Position numbers and translations under genes: made by a program
Notes under the pieces: model-generated
Seen by the model: the letters and a program-made list of their open reading frames with translations, nothing else
Database searches by the model: none
Told to the model about the DNA's origin: nothing
Part shown: positions 63,508 to 64,000 of the stretch, in pieces
Position numbering within the stretch: position 1 is the first letter of the stretch
Layout: each line of letters starts with the position of its first letter
Assembly (NCBI GenBank): GCA_026026165.1
Contig: JAPEUD010000009.1
Location: forward strand, 186,001-250,000
Length of the DNA: 64,000 nt
Origin: Sarea resinae
Lineage: Eukaryota
Direction: 5' to 3'

Positions 63508-64000
63508 GGTGAGATGTGATGGTGGTAGGTAGGATGGGATAAATGAAAGGAGAGTCAGTCAGGATGGTGAAGGCATCGCGGGGAGGTGTTGAGATCAAGT
63601 GTGGCGAATACTGGTGAGAAGGACAGGTGGTGTTTTGTCCCACGCTCAGTGTCTTTTGGCTTTGGCTTTGGCTTTGCCTTGGCCGTTCAGTCTGTAAACA
63701 CCGGACCAGGGTCTACGTCATTGGGCTTCTGTCGCTTCTCGCGTTTGTATCTGATGATCATCCGCACGGAGGTGATGATCAGGAAGGGAACGATGCCGAA
63801 GGGAGAGATATAATAGAACATGTTGAGATGGCTGATAATGCATAGGTTTTACTGACGACTCGTGAATCGATTCGATGCAGACGCCTCTTGTTGTTCCTCG
63901 CCGCATCTCTCAAGCGAGCATCAATCGCTGGCTGAAGATCATCAGCACGCCTGAAGGTTCCTTCCTTCTTCCCCAAGCCGCCGAGTTGCAGCTCTCAGCT

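Noticed and set aside
63600..64000. Possible gene 3' end at the right edge (minus strand, LRAATRRLGEEGRNLQAC*)
   Set aside because: Too short and no recognisable motif.
1..64000. Transposons, CRISPR arrays, TPP riboswitch, TGA-CTA peroxisomal readthrough, biosynthetic gene cluster
   Set aside because: No transposase or RT motifs, terminal repeats, repeat-spacer arrays, riboswitch consensus, readthrough contexts or PKS/NRPS genes were seen.

Overview
Gene-dense chromosomal DNA from a filamentous ascomycete (Pezizomycotina). Evidence: short GT-AG introns with CTRAC/CTAAY branch points, fungal-type proteins, and the standard genetic code with TGA used as a stop. I can support 24 protein-coding genes and one intron-containing tRNA-Ala(AGC). 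The genes are ELP3, LSC1, AP-2 mu, RPL2, a WHIM/WSD chromatin protein, DUF1770, CTR9, a lysophospholipid acyltransferase, a promethin-family protein, an STL1-like transporter, POP5, a DUF89 phosphatase, PDX1, ORC2, a metallophosphoesterase, an F-box-like protein, ARG7, SEC61, an ABCC transporter, NDUFA12, PGS1, LTV1, LSG1 and SARAF. No transposon, CRISPR array, rRNA or secondary-metabolite cluster was seen. Three observations stand out. (1) A ~1.1 kb non-coding block between RPL2 and the WHIM gene (9490-10600) can be folded by eye into many nested helices and matches no RNA family I can recognise; it is the best candidate for something undescribed. (2) A single in-frame TGA sits at a probable Trp codon (codon 156) of an otherwise intact 1686-codon ABC transporter. 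(3) An 8-exon NDUFA12 gene with a 7-nt microexon is absent from the ORF track. All exon boundaries and base pairings were read by hand and no database search was run.
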